Of a stretch of 64,000 nt of DNA, positions 20,022 to 30,089 are shown piece after piece. Both the position numbers and the translations under genes were made by a program. Under the pieces are notes generated by a model that was not told the DNA's origin, did no database searches, and was given only the letters and a program-made list of their open reading frames with translations. The DNA is from Candidatus Latescibacterota bacterium (GTDB lineage: Bacteria > Latescibacterota > UBA2968 > GCA-2709665). The stretch spans positions 2,080,001-2,144,000 of the forward strand of contig OZ250150.1 of the NCBI GenBank assembly GCA_965237675.1. The letters are read 5' to 3'. The stretch's first letter is position 1, and every line of letters starts with the position of its first letter.

Positions 20022-23018
20022 GTGAACGCCACATCGACCTTCCAGGAGCTCATTCTCCGCCTCGAACGATTCTGGGCGGATAACGGGTGTATCATCTGGC
20101 AGCCGCTCAGCGAAAAGGTGGGTGCCGGTACGCTGAACCCGGGCACCGCGCTTCGCGTGCTGGGACCGGAGCCCTGGAACGTGGCCTACGTTGAACCCAG
20201 CTTCCGTCCCGACGACGGCCGATTCGGCGAAAATCCGAACCGGATGCAAATGCACACGCAGTACCAGGTTGTTCTCAAACCCGAGCCTGGCAACCCCCAG
20301 GAGCTCTACCTGGACAGCCTGGAAGCGTTAGGTCTGAATCGCAGACAACACGACATCCGTTTTGTGGAAGACAACTGGGAATCCCCCGCGCTGGGCGCGT
20401 GGGGCCTGGGGTGGGAGGTCTGGCTCGATGGCCTGGAAATCACTCAGTTCACTTACTTCCAGCAGGCTGGTGGTCTACCGCTCGACCCTGTGCCGGTAGA
20501 AATCACTTACGGCATGGAACGTATTGCCATGTACGTTCAGGATGTGCGCGAAGTCTGGCAGCTTCGCTGGAATGAGAACGTCACCTACGGCGACATTCTC
20601 AGACAGCAGGAAGTGGAGTATTGCAATTACGAGTTCTACTACGCAAACGTCCAGCGCCTGCGGGCCATGTTCGATCTTTTCCTCGAGGAAGCCAGAGCCG
20701 CCATAGACCGTGGCCTCGTAATACCCGCCCATGACTATGTGTTGCGGTGCTCTCACACCTTCAACCTGCTGGACACCCGTGGGGCGGTCGGTGTTACCGA
20801 ACGTGCGAGGTACTTCGCACAAATACGCGATCTCGCCAGGCAGGTTGCCGAAGGTTTTGCCGGACAGCGCGAAGCATCCGGTCACCCCCTGATCAAGAAA
20901 ACCGCAGACGCGGCTGCTCCGAAACCGGTACGGGATTTTGAACCTTGCGAACACGCCGACCTTCTTGTGGAAATCGGCTCCGAAGAACTCCCGTCCCACG
21001 ACGTCCGGTCCGGCATCGAACAACTCGAGGGGCGCCTCCCCCAGCTTCTTCAGGAGCAGAGGCTTGAATATGACGGCGTCGAAATAACGGGGACCCCCAG
21101 ACGGCTTGTCGCGAGCGTCAGGAACCTCGCGGGCCGGCAGCCAGACCGGATGCGCGAAGTGCGCGGCCCGGCTGTCAGGGCCGCTTACGACGACGATGGA
21201 AAACCCACTCGCGCCCTTGAAGGATTCAGTCGCGGACAGGGCATCACTCCTGGTTCCGTGGAACACCGGAAAGACGACAAGGGCGTTGAATACGTTTACG
21301 CCCGGCGCCATGAACCCGGACTCGAAACACAGGAAATTCTGACGAAACTTCTTCCCGACCTGATTGCGGGCCTGAACTTCACTAAAACGATGCGCTGGGA
21401 CTCCGACGGTTTCGTCTATCCTCGACCTCTCCGATGGATTGTCGCACTCTTCGGAGACCAGATTGTCCCGTTTCCAATCGCCCGGATCCGGAGCGGGGAT
21501 ACCAGCCGGGGATCGAGGCCCGAGGGTGCTCCGCCAGTCCAGCTGAAATCCGCCAACGACTACCACCGGCAAATGGAGGAACACGGTCTGGTCGTCAACC
21601 GGGACCGGCGGAAGGACGCCATCTGGAATCAGGTTCTCGAACAGGCGCGGGCGGTGGGCGGTACCGTAAAGGAAGATCCGGACCTGCTCGACGAAGTTAC
21701 CGATCTGGTCGAAGCGCCCTTTGCGCTGCGCGGCGGGTTCGACGAAGCCCATCTTGAACTTCCGCAGGAGGTCCTGGTCACGGTACTCAAGAAATACCAG
21801 CGCTACTTCCCTATAGTACACCCGCAAACAGGCCGGCTGCTGCCCTATTTCGTGGCCGTATCCAACGGCCGGTCGGCCGATTCCGGCACGGTTATTCGAG
21901 GAAACGAGAGTGTCGTCCGCGCCCGGTTTACAGACGCCGCCTTCTTCTACAGGGAAGATGGCCGGAAGCCCCTGGAAGGCTACCTGCCGCGGTTGGATAC
22001 ACTCACCTACCAGGACGAACTGGGCTCCGTTAGGGACAAAAGCGAGCGAATCGAGCGACTGCTCACCGTCGTCGCCCGGGATCTGGGTCTGTCGGAAGGC
22101 GATACGAACACAGCGAAGAGGGCGGCCCGGCTCTGTAAAGCCGACCTGGCCACCGGTATGGTCGTCGAGATGACGTCCCTCCAGGGTGTGATGGGCCGTT
22201 ACTACGCCTTGTTGTCCAACGAAACGGACGCGGTGGCCGTTGCCATCCAGGAACACTATTTTCCCCGGTTTCCTGGCGACACCCTCCCAGCGAGTAATTC
22301 CGGTTTTGCGGTCTCGGTAGCCGACCGGCTGGACAGCCTGGCAGGCCTATTCTGCGTCGGAATCAAACCCCGGTCCACCGCCGATCCCTACGGGCTCCGC
22401 CGGGACGCGCTGGGTCTGTTGGCCCTGCTTATCGGGAAGGGCCGTCCGTTCTCCCTTAAGAAAGGCCTGGACGCCGCGGCAACGGGGCTACCTATCCGAA
22501 TCGATCCCAGTCGATTGAAGGACGCCTATGCGTTTATCCTGCGCCGCCTGGGTGTGCAACTGAAAGAAGAAGGTTTTCGTCACGACGTGGTTGAGGCCGC
22601 CCTTGCCGGCGGATGCGATGACCCCTTTCGGCTCCGGACCATTGTGGAAGGCCTTAATCATATGGTTGGTTCGGATAACTGGATGGAAACCCTCCATGCC
22701 TACGCGCGTTGCAATCGTATCGTCCGGGATCTGAGCGAGAGCCATTCAATGAATCCTGAGGCAGATCCAACCCCTGCCTCGCGGAGCCTACATCAGATGT
22801 GGGGTGAAGCCCGCCGCAGGATGGATCATTCGGAAGACAGAATCGATACCCTGGATAACGTGCTGGCCGACCTGTGCGGCCCGATTAACAGCTTTTTCGA
22901 AGACGTCCTGGTGATGGATGAAGATCCCGTGCTCCGCCGCGCCCGGCTGGCTCTCGTTCAGCGTATTGCCTCTCTTACGGACGGCATTGCGGACCTGAGC
23001 CGGCTTGAAGGGTTTTAG
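20022..23018 (+). CDS. glyQS: Glycine-tRNA ligase, fused alpha and beta subunits
   Basis: Alpha motifs ([46 protein letters not shown]) continue in frame into beta motifs ([40 protein letters not shown]). Confidence 0.95.
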   Translation: MNATSTFQELILRLERFWADNGCIIWQPLSEKVGAGTLNPGTALRVLGPEPWNVAYVEPSFRPDDGRFGENPNRMQMHTQYQVVLKPEPGNPQELYLDSLEALGLNRRQHDIRFVEDNWESPALGAWGLGWEVWLDGLEITQFTYFQQAGGLPLDPVPVEITYGMERIAMYVQDVREVWQLRWNENVTYGDILRQQEVEYCNYEFYYANVQRLRAMFDLFLEEARAAIDRGLVIPAHDYVLRCSHTFNLLDTRGAVGVTERARYFAQIRDLARQVAEGFAGQREASGHPLIKKTADAAAPKPVRDFEPCEHADLLVEIGSEELPSHDVRSGIEQLEGRLPQLLQEQRLEYDGVEITGTPRRLVASVRNLAGRQPDRMREVRGPAVRAAYDDDGKPTRALEGFSRGQGITPGSVEHRKDDKGVEYVYARRHEPGLETQEILTKLLPDLIAGLNFTKTMRWDSDGFVYPRPLRWIVALFGDQIVPFPIARIRSGDTSRGSRPEGAPPVQLKSANDYHRQMEEHGLVVNRDRRKDAIWNQVLEQARAVGGTVKEDPDLLDEVTDLVEAPFALRGGFDEAHLELPQEVLVTVLKKYQRYFPIVHPQTGRLLPYFVAVSNGRSADSGTVIRGNESVVRARFTDAAFFYREDGRKPLEGYLPRLDTLTYQDELGSVRDKSERIERLLTVVARDLGLSEGDTNTAKRAARLCKADLATGMVVEMTSLQGVMGRYYALLSNETDAVAVAIQEHYFPRFPGDTLPASNSGFAVSVADRLDSLAGLFCVGIKPRSTADPYGLRRDALGLLALLIGKGRPFSLKKGLDAAATGLPIRIDPSRLKDAYAFILRRLGVQLKEEGFRHDVVEAALAGGCDDPFRLRTIVEGLNHMVGSDNWMETLHAYARCNRIVRDLSESHSMNPEADPTPASRSLHQMWGEARRRMDHSEDRIDTLDNVLADLCGPINSFFEDVLVMDEDPVLRRARLALVQRIASLTDGIADLSRLEGF

Positions 23019-23178
23019 CAGTCCGTTGATAAAGTCGCTCTGCAGGCGAGGCCGAGTCATTGTGGCCGAGGATAAGGCGCGCGACCGCGTCGAATCGGGG
23101 GATTCGGGGAGGGAGTGCAACGCAGTAATTCGGCCACAAGGGCCGGCCGCAGCCCGGATGGACTTTTTCAACGGGCTG
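23019..23178. mobile_element. 160-bp MITE, copy 1
   Basis: Terminal inverted repeats CAGTCCGTTGATAAAGTC and GACTTTTTCAACGGGCTG (16/18 complementary); TTAG on both sides (23015-23018, 23179-23182); near-identical copy at 60069-60228. Confidence 0.9.
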
Positions 23179-23341
23179 TTAGGGCGGGAACACGCCTTGC
23201 ACACGCTCGGTTGAATTCCACCGGGTGTTCTTCCACCTCGCCCCGAACCCGGACGAGGCGGTCGTGTTGCGACATCCAGCCGCAAGGACGCCGGCGCCTA
23301 CCAACTCTATAGCTTCTTCACGCAGCTTCTTCACGGTTCCC

Positions 23342-23923
23342 ATGCGTATCATCACCGGGAAACTCAAAGGTCGGATCATTCCCTTTGATGTCAGGAAACA
23401 CGGCAACGCCCGCGTCACGCCGGAAAGGATCAAAGAGTCCGCGTTCACGATTCTGGGCGCCGGGCTGCCCCATCTTCACTTTCTCGACCTCTTTTCCTGT
23501 TCGGGCCAGATCGGCCTCGAGGCGTACAGCCGGGGTGCCCGGGTGCTTTTGAACGAACCGAATCGTCTCAGGCGCCGGTTTATTTCCAGGCTGCTGAAGG
23601 ACTGGGGCGTGGAAAAACACATCCGTCTTCTGGATCAGCCTGCTGAGAGCCTCCTGCCAACTCTCGAAACGGAACAACGGTTTTTTGACGTAATCTACGT
23701 GGATCCGCCGTACCGACGACAACTGGACGACGTTCCGTTCGCACTTGCCATACTCGCCCGCCTGAGCAGAACGAACCTCGTTGCTACGTCGGGCCATATC
23801 CTCATTCAACATTCCGCCGACCTGGAGTTGCCTGCCGCCATCCGGCGCCTTTCGTTGTGCAGGCGAAAGACCTATGGCGGCACCTCATTATCCATCTACC
23901 GGAAGGTGGGCCGAGGCGAGTAA
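23342..23923 (+). CDS. rsmD: 16S rRNA (guanine966-N2)-methyltransferase RsmD-like
   Basis: MRIITGKLKGR, RIKESAF, LDLFSCSGQIGLEAYSRGA, DVIYVDPPY, KTYGGTSLSIY. Confidence 0.88.
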   Translation: MRIITGKLKGRIIPFDVRKHGNARVTPERIKESAFTILGAGLPHLHFLDLFSCSGQIGLEAYSRGARVLLNEPNRLRRRFISRLLKDWGVEKHIRLLDQPAESLLPTLETEQRFFDVIYVDPPYRRQLDDVPFALAILARLSRTNLVATSGHILIQHSADLELPAAIRRLSLCRRKTYGGTSLSIYRKVGRGE

Positions 23924-24009
23924 GCCCCTGACAGCAATATCCATTTGCTTTCGTACGCTGTTACGTGTATTTTTTCCATTCAACCCCTATTCGGAAAGGA
24001 GCCGATCAG

Positions 24010-24288
24010 ATGGATACCATGCACGCGTCCATCGAATTCCGTCCCCGCGGGCGAACGCTTGCCATGGGCGGGATCCCCTGGCTGCCGAGGATTACGGACA
24101 AAGCGCGGGCTATGCTGCGGAACAACATCGGCGACTATATCTACCCGTGACCCGCCGACCAGAAGTTCCTGGAGGAACTCGGCATGCCGGCAGAAGAATT
24201 CACGCAAATTGTGTCCGAATGCAACCTGGACGCTGAAGTCATCGAGCGTGTCCGACCCTATTACGAAAAGTCCCGAAAGGGAGAATGA
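24010..24288 (+). CDS. DUF5069-like small protein, probable selenoprotein (in-frame TGA at 24148-24150, codon 47 of 92)
   Basis: RBS AAGGAG; MDTMHASIEFRPRGRTLAMGGIPWLPRITDKARAMLRNNIGDYIYP-TGA-PADQKFLEELGMPAEEFTQIVSECNLDAEVIERVRPYYEKSRKGE*. Both sides of the TGA fit the recalled DUF5069 pattern (L.R..DKARA...GEY.Y.CP.D..FL..LG....F). Confidence 0.75.
24154..24183 (+). promoter_or_regulatory. Candidate bacterial SECIS element
   Basis: GCCG (24154-57)/CGGC (24180-83) lower stem, bulge, AGTTCC (24164-69)/GGAACT (24174-79) upper stem, loop TGGA starting 20 nt after the TGA with G at loop position 2. Confidence 0.6.
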
Positions 24289-24296
24289 AAATACAG

Positions 24297-24324
24297 AAGC
24301 CGCCACGCGTTGCGTGGCGGCTTT
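24297..24324 (+). terminator. Intrinsic terminator after the DUF5069-like gene
   Basis: AAGCCGCCACGC-GTT-GCGTGGCGGCTT perfect 12-bp stem then T, 8 nt after the read-through stop. Confidence 0.75.
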
Positions 24325-24525
24325 GCTCGTTTATCACCTCAGGTTGTTTTCATCTCCCACCATACGATTCACGTCCCATCAAATTCGGCCTCCCGCCAGC
24401 CTCCCTTCAGGTCCAGTCAAACAGAACCAGGGATTCGATCTCCTCTGTATCAGACGACAAACATCGCATTTCATCCGCGCGGTCCTTCATCTGGCCGCTC
24501 GCAAAGATCCACCTGCCGTCTGGTC

Positions 24526-25461
24526 CTACCGTTCCCCGCCCTCCGGCAGGGCTTGGCGGGCCAGCGCCCGGACCTCGCCGGACCCCATCCGAAGCAACCC
24601 GTCGATCCCTATCACGTCGGCCGCAAAGAGCTGCGGACATTCCTGGGCAGCCAGATCGTATGCTTCCTGCACATTGTAATTCACACCCCTGTAGCGGTAG
24701 AGGTGGCCCAGGCTCTCCAATTGTCCGTTTCGTCTCAATGAATTCGTTACACCCATCTTGAAATAATACAACTGCCGGTCTCTCTTGTCCCCCCACGTCA
24801 ATGTATCCGGCTCGGGAACATGCGCCATCGACCTGTCCAGTTCTGCCTGAAAGGCTTCGATCTGGCCATCGACCATCTCCAGCAGCCCTCGAAGGACCTC
24901 ACTGCGGGCGGCTTCGGATTCGTCTTGAAGCATATCCTGGAGCGCCAGAGCGGCCTTGCCGTAAAATGCGTAACGATCTCGTCTTCCCTCTCCGAACAGG
25001 TCCATTTCAATGGCTTCGGCTCTCCGGGCCAGTGCCTCCAGATCCAGGTGGTCATCACCCACACCCGCGTAGTCGTCATCCGCGCGTGCGACCTGTAGTC
25101 CCACCAGCAACGCCCGCTCGACAAGATGCATCATGTCATCCGCAGGATCATAAACCCTCAAATTCCGTGACTTTCCTGCATCGGTTCGTTTCACATCCAC
25201 GCCGTGCGCAAACCCCCGTCTGACCAGTTCCTGCTCCGCCTCTATACCCAACCTTGACAATAGTTCGTGTAGTACCCCGCCCAGTATCGGGTGGCTTCCG
25301 GCCGGCAGGTATTCCTCCCGGTCTTCGATCACCATATCCGCCACCTCCGCCGCCAACGCTTCGTCTCCCTCGGAATTTCCGTTGCTTTTGAAACCCCTTC
25401 CACGCCTCAGACCGAAAGCAACCACGAGGACCAAAAGGACAACCAGAACGGTAGTAACCAT
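24526..25461 (-). CDS. Hypothetical membrane-anchored, acidic helical protein
   Basis: 311 aa ORF with N-terminal TM helix, RBS GAGGGAG, 36 nt downstream of the ABC permease; no family recognised. Confidence 0.7.
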   Translation of the reverse strand: MVTTVLVVLLVLVVAFGLRRGRGFKSNGNSEGDEALAAEVADMVIEDREEYLPAGSHPILGGVLHELLSRLGIEAEQELVRRGFAHGVDVKRTDAGKSRNLRVYDPADDMMHLVERALLVGLQVARADDDYAGVGDDHLDLEALARRAEAIEMDLFGEGRRDRYAFYGKAALALQDMLQDESEAARSEVLRGLLEMVDGQIEAFQAELDRSMAHVPEPDTLTWGDKRDRQLYYFKMGVTNSLRRNGQLESLGHLYRYRGVNYNVQEAYDLAAQECPQLFAADVIGIDGLLRMGSGEVRALARQALPEGGER

Positions 25462-25497
25462 CTCCGGTATACTCCCTCTTCGAAAAAATCACGCATT

Positions 25498-27201
25498 TTA
25501 CGCTCGGAACAACTCCCCCATGCGCCGGCCCAGGAACCGTCCCGCCAGAAAGAGGCTGAGCATAAGAAGCAGCATTCCGAGCATGCCCATGGCGCTGGCG
25601 ATATAGGGACCGTCCGCAATCCTGCCCATCAGTGCGTAGATCGCCTTGGTGATGGGGTAATATTGTGCCTTCAACGCCAGTATGAGGCTATCGCTGACCT
25701 CCAGCATCGCGAACGAAAAACAGAGAATGGCACCTGCGACCAGATTGGCCAGAATGAGCGGAAAGGTAATCTGCAAGGTCGTTCGAACGGGTGAAGCGCC
25801 CATATTTCGGGCGGCCTCCTCAAGGGTGACACTCGTTTGCTGGAATCCCGCGTATGCGGACCTGACCATATAGGGCAGCCGCCTTACCGCGTATGCTATG
25901 ACAAGCAGTGGCACGGGATTGTGTCTTGCATCAAGAAAAGTGCCCGAATATCCCGCCAGATATCCGAAGGCCAGCACCGGGCCGGGCAGGGCCAGCGGCA
26001 ACATGGCAACGGCATCCAGCGCGCCCTTAAACGGAATCCGCGTTCGGGCCAGCAGATAGGCAATGGCTATGCCGAGTCCCACGTCGCATATCGTGCTCAA
26101 CGTACTCAACATCAGACTCATGGTAACGCTGGGGCCAGCGATTGGATGTCGATACACAAGCGGGTAATACTTGCCTGTGATTTCCTGGGGCCAGATCGAC
26201 ATGAACCAGCGCTCGGAAATCGAGGTCAGAAAAACGCTCATGTGGGGGATCAGCGCGATGGCCGTCAAAGAAATCATAATCGTGTAGATGAGCGCGGTCA
26301 TCCTGGACGAAGCGCGGCGCGTTGCGGAACCCACGTGTCCCCGCGCCACCATTTCGTACCGTTTATTGCCCAGCAACAGTTTGGATATGTAGAAAAAAAA
26401 CACGGTAAGCATGAGCAAGAAAACCACGAGCGCGTACGCCATGGGGTTTTCGTTGATGTCCGAAATCGCGTTGAAAATCTCGACCATAACGACCTGCCGA
26501 TAGTTGAAAATCAGCGGTGTCCCCAGGTCTGTAAACGCCCAGATAAAAACGATAACTGCGCCGGCAAAATAACCCGGTAACATCAGCGGAAAGGTTACGG
26601 TTCGAAACAGCCGGAAACCGCGGGCGCCCATATTGCGGGCAGCTTCTTCGAGGCTGGGGTCGATATTGGCCAGCGCCGCCGCCACATTCAGGAACATGAT
26701 GGGATAGAGGTGTAACACCTGCAGTATGACCACACCGACAAAGCCGCTGCCGAACCAATCGATCGGTTGATCGATGACACCCAGTTTGAGCAAGAACAGG
26801 TTGATGGATCCGAATCGGGCGAACATCTGCTTCATGCCAATGGCGCCAACGAAGGGCGGAAGCACCATCGGCACCAGAATCAAACCGTGCAGGATGTTTT
26901 TCCCCCTGAAGTCGTACCTCACCAGCAAGATAGCGATAGGTAAACTCAACAGCGTCGTTGCGATCGTACTCAACATCCCGAGACGGAAGCTATTCAGGAT
27001 CATCTCCCTATAGACCGGATTGGTTGCCATCAGCTCAAAAAAAACGAGCGAGAACCCTCCGTTCACCCAGAGTGCTCTCACAAACGCGTACCAGAGCGGA
27101 TAGAAAAGAAAACAGACAAAAAAGGCAGCCAGCCCCGCCAAAAAGAGGATCTGAGCCCAATTCAAGCCGTATCGATCAAGCAGCGGTGTTTTCACCTTCA
27201 T
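25498..27201 (-). CDS. ABC importer permease, FbpB/ThiP-like (two BPD_transp_1 domains)
   Basis: PMVLPPFVGAIG; two EAA motifs (LEEAARNMGA twice); MLPLALPG, AYAVRRLPY. Confidence 0.92.
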   Translation of the reverse strand: MKVKTPLLDRYGLNWAQILFLAGLAAFFVCFLFYPLWYAFVRALWVNGGFSLVFFELMATNPVYREMILNSFRLGMLSTIATTLLSLPIAILLVRYDFRGKNILHGLILVPMVLPPFVGAIGMKQMFARFGSINLFLLKLGVIDQPIDWFGSGFVGVVILQVLHLYPIMFLNVAAALANIDPSLEEAARNMGARGFRLFRTVTFPLMLPGYFAGAVIVFIWAFTDLGTPLIFNYRQVVMVEIFNAISDINENPMAYALVVFLLMLTVFFFYISKLLLGNKRYEMVARGHVGSATRRASSRMTALIYTIMISLTAIALIPHMSVFLTSISERWFMSIWPQEITGKYYPLVYRHPIAGPSVTMSLMLSTLSTICDVGLGIAIAYLLARTRIPFKGALDAVAMLPLALPGPVLAFGYLAGYSGTFLDARHNPVPLLVIAYAVRRLPYMVRSAYAGFQQTSVTLEEAARNMGASPVRTTLQITFPLILANLVAGAILCFSFAMLEVSDSLILALKAQYYPITKAIYALMGRIADGPYIASAMGMLGMLLLMLSLFLAGRFLGRRMGELFRA

Positions 27202-28267
27202 CCTTCAGTATGGAAATCGCGTCCTGAGCGAACCGAATGCACACCGGATCGCCAGGGAATGCTTTCTGAATCACGGGATGCCCCTCCACGAGCTTCACCC
27301 GCACCCCATCGACAAGGTCGACAACATACTGTTCCATTTCGCCCAGATAGATTGCGTTCCGTACCGTTCCCGACAGGACCTGATCCGACTCGTCCGGCTG
27401 TCCGTCGAGAAACTCCATCGCTTCGGGCCGAATGGCGCACAACACGCGGTCGCCGTTCCGAATGCCCTCGTAGCCCGGCCGGCCACACAGAACCCCCACC
27501 GCGGTCTTTACCTCGATTTTATCGCCCAGACCGACGACCGTTCCCGAAAGCAAGTTGATTTCACCGATGAAATCAGCGACAAATCGGTTGGAAGGCCTGG
27601 AATATAACGTCCGTGGAGCGCCCAACTGTACCACTTTCCCCTCCTGCATCACGGCGACACGGTTGGCCATCGCAAGCGCCTCTTTCTGGTCGTGCGTGAC
27701 GTAGATCATGGTGATGCCGAGGTCTTGGTGGAGCGCCTGAATCTGTTCGCGCATCTCCAGGCGCAGACGGGCGTCAAGATTGGAAAGCGGTTCGTCCAGC
27801 AGCACCACGTCGGGCTCGATCACCAGGGCCCGCGCCAGCGCGATCCGCTGCTGCTGCCCACCCGACAACTGGTTGGGCGACCGATCCCTGTAATCCTCCA
27901 TTCGCACCATTTGCAACGCCCGCCGGATCCGTTCCTCGCGCATTCGGGGCGCGACGTTCCGCACGGAAAGGCCATATTCCACGTTCTGCCAGACCGTCAT
28001 GTGCGGCCATAGGGCGTAATTCTGGAAGACCATTCCGGTGTTCCGCTTTTCGGGCGGCACGTCGGTAACCTCCCGATCGTCGAAAAACACACGGCCACTA
28101 TCCGGTCTGTAGAATCCGGCGATCACTCTCAACAACGTGGTCTTTCCGCATCCGGAAGGTCCCAACAGAAAGAAAAACTCACCCCTTTCGATTTCCAGAT
28201 TGACGTTTTCCACGGCGACTACACCGCCAAACCGCTTTGAAACATCCCGCAGTCGAACACGCACCAT
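27176..28267 (-). CDS. ABC importer ATP-binding subunit, FbpC/PotA-like with TOBE domain
   Basis: [40 protein letters not shown]; overlaps permease start. Confidence 0.93.
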   Translation of the reverse strand: MVRVRLRDVSKRFGGVVAVENVNLEIERGEFFFLLGPSGCGKTTLLRVIAGFYRPDSGRVFFDDREVTDVPPEKRNTGMVFQNYALWPHMTVWQNVEYGLSVRNVAPRMREERIRRALQMVRMEDYRDRSPNQLSGGQQQRIALARALVIEPDVVLLDEPLSNLDARLRLEMREQIQALHQDLGITMIYVTHDQKEALAMANRVAVMQEGKVVQLGAPRTLYSRPSNRFVADFIGEINLLSGTVVGLGDKIEVKTAVGVLCGRPGYEGIRNGDRVLCAIRPEAMEFLDGQPDESDQVLSGTVRNAIYLGEMEQYVVDLVDGVRVKLVEGHPVIQKAFPGDPVCIRFAQDAISILKDEGENTAA

Positions 28268-28344
28268 AAATTTCCCTCGAATCCAGGTATACCGGAGTCC
28301 CTCCATTAAAGGACGGTCACCACCTGGTCCGTAACGCGTCCTTT

Positions 28345-29910
28345 TCAGGAACCGGAGGATCGGCGACGGAACCCGAACCAATACATGACAGATGCGCCGG
28401 AAATGATCAGCAAAACAAGAATCCGCGGTGAAATACTAATGAGGTCGAGGGCTGCCAGAAGTACGACGACCCCCAATACCGAGGGTATGAGATACCGGCG
28501 AACCGTTCGAGGCGAGGGCCTTCCCAGGTAGAGTACCACGGCGCCCGCCAGACCCAATGGAAAAAACAAGGTCAGCCAGTCCATTAGCCGCGTCTGAGAC
28601 GCCGGTTCGCCGTCGCCGTATTTGGCGCGCGCGAATTGCGTCCAGGACGCCAGGGTCTTGTTGCGCAACTCCGAATCCCGCCACCGGGCACCCAGTTGGC
28701 CACACGCTTCCTCAGTGACGGGCACAGCCGAAAGCCGGCGGACATTCTCGGGCGTAATCCCGTTCCCGATTGCCTGTTTCCAGGCGTCTTGAAGTTGCTG
28801 GTGAGAATCGATCACCATCACGCCGATCAGGTCGTTCAACACGCGCCACCGGGCAGAAGCCTTTTCCGAGTCATAGACGAGATCCGAGGTCCACTCAAAC
28901 GGGTTCAGGGTCACGGCAGCTTCTTCCCTATACCGCCGATACAGGTCGGGCAATACCGTAAAACGATTCAACGCAGTTTCCACGGGACCGCCCGAAACGC
29001 CTCTTTTCAGAAACCAGAGTTTTTGGCCCGCATCCGACATGACGAATTCCACGAATCTCCGCGCCGCGTGCATGTTGGGTGCGCCTTTAAGGATGGCTAC
29101 CCCGTCCGGATTGACGATGGTCAGATTGTCGGGCATCGTGAATCCGATGTATTCTTCTCCTACCCGGCTGACCTGGGCCCAGGCATAAAAGTCGATGGAC
29201 AGACCGTAGGCTACGTCACCCGCGGCAACATCCTTGGGCGCCTGGGAGCCCCCGGAAGCGAAGTTGCGTACATTGGCCCCCAGTGTCGTGATGACGTCCC
29301 AACCCCTATCCCAACCGTATGCCTGCAGCATCAACTCGTAGGCCATATGCACACTGCCGCTGCTTCTGGGATCCCCCGACCCCACCCAGGAAAAAAGCCT
29401 CGGATCTCCCAGGTCGGCCCAGGTTTGCGGAACCGGCAAATTCACGAGCTTCAGGACGGCCCGGTTGTACACAATACCGAAACCTGCCAGGGTGGCGCCG
29501 TACCACCGGCAATCGGGATCGTATAGTGGCACGCCGCCAATCTTCTGAGGTAGACGATCCAGCAGGTTGTCGGGCAGGCGATGAGGCGAGCAGAGGCCCA
29601 TATCGGCAATTTCCATGAATGGATCGATGCCGCCGCCAAAGAAAATGTCGATCCCGATGCCTCCGGGCGCACGACTGAACTCCGATTTGATATACCTCAG
29701 AATCGAGCTGGTGCCGCCTCCCACGTCGAGCCATTCCAATGCGATTTCCCGGCCGGTCAGCCTGAAATAGTGGGATTTGAAGGCCGCTTCAAACTCATTT
29801 TGTACCCCGTCGGGATGCGGCGATATCAACACCAGTCGATCCATCGCGGCCGGAGTCGAGACCGACATGTGGGTACAAAAGCAAACAAAGAGTAGAATTC
29901 GGGTCTTCAC
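28345..29910 (-). CDS. ABC substrate-binding protein (Fe3+/polyamine-like cluster) with C-terminal transmembrane extension
   Basis: LVLISPH, DIFFGGG, FGIVYN, GDPRSSGS, SIDFYA, NPDGVAILKGAPN; hydrophobic C-terminal ~75 aa. Start placed at GTG 29910 (uncertain). Confidence 0.85.
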   Translation of the reverse strand: MKTRILLFVCFCTHMSVSTPAAMDRLVLISPHPDGVQNEFEAAFKSHYFRLTGREIALEWLDVGGGTSSILRYIKSEFSRAPGGIGIDIFFGGGIDPFMEIADMGLCSPHRLPDNLLDRLPQKIGGVPLYDPDCRWYGATLAGFGIVYNRAVLKLVNLPVPQTWADLGDPRLFSWVGSGDPRSSGSVHMAYELMLQAYGWDRGWDVITTLGANVRNFASGGSQAPKDVAAGDVAYGLSIDFYAWAQVSRVGEEYIGFTMPDNLTIVNPDGVAILKGAPNMHAARRFVEFVMSDAGQKLWFLKRGVSGGPVETALNRFTVLPDLYRRYREEAAVTLNPFEWTSDLVYDSEKASARWRVLNDLIGVMVIDSHQQLQDAWKQAIGNGITPENVRRLSAVPVTEEACGQLGARWRDSELRNKTLASWTQFARAKYGDGEPASQTRLMDWLTLFFPLGLAGAVVLYLGRPSPRTVRRYLIPSVLGVVVLLAALDLISISPRILVLLIISGASVMYWFGFRRRSSGS

Positions 29911-29967
29911 GGGCGGTCCACTCGTCTCGATGCAGGTGATTCTCTCGTCCCTCCAACTCCGGGCGGA

Positions 29968-29997
29968 ATGGTACCGAAGCCCCCCATCCATGTCAAT
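29968..29997 (-). promoter_or_regulatory. Sigma70-type promoter for the ABC importer operon
   Basis: Minus strand TTGACA, 17 nt (TGGATGGGGGGCTTCGG), TACCAT. Confidence 0.6.
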
Positions 29998-30089
29998 TTC
30001 TTTTTCGGGCCTCCCGCCTTTACGCCGGGCAAAAAAAAATCTCAATCCCCAGGACTGAGACGCGTGCAAACGGCAGTGAGACAAGCGAT

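Noticed and set aside
20475-22256. Long antisense ORFs (e.g. 20475-22256, 46934-48295, 55901-56938, 10472-11440)
   Set aside because: Shadow frames of well-supported genes in GC-rich DNA; no recognisable motifs.
22788-23285. ORFs 22788-23285(-), 23005-23214(+), 59943-60242(-) and 59677-60315(+) sharing peptide sequence
   Set aside because: The shared sequence is just translation of the non-coding MITE; no transposase motifs.
29911-30089. TPP or cobalamin riboswitch ahead of the ABC importer
   Set aside because: The predicted promoter leaves only about 50 nt of leader and no riboswitch consensus was seen.
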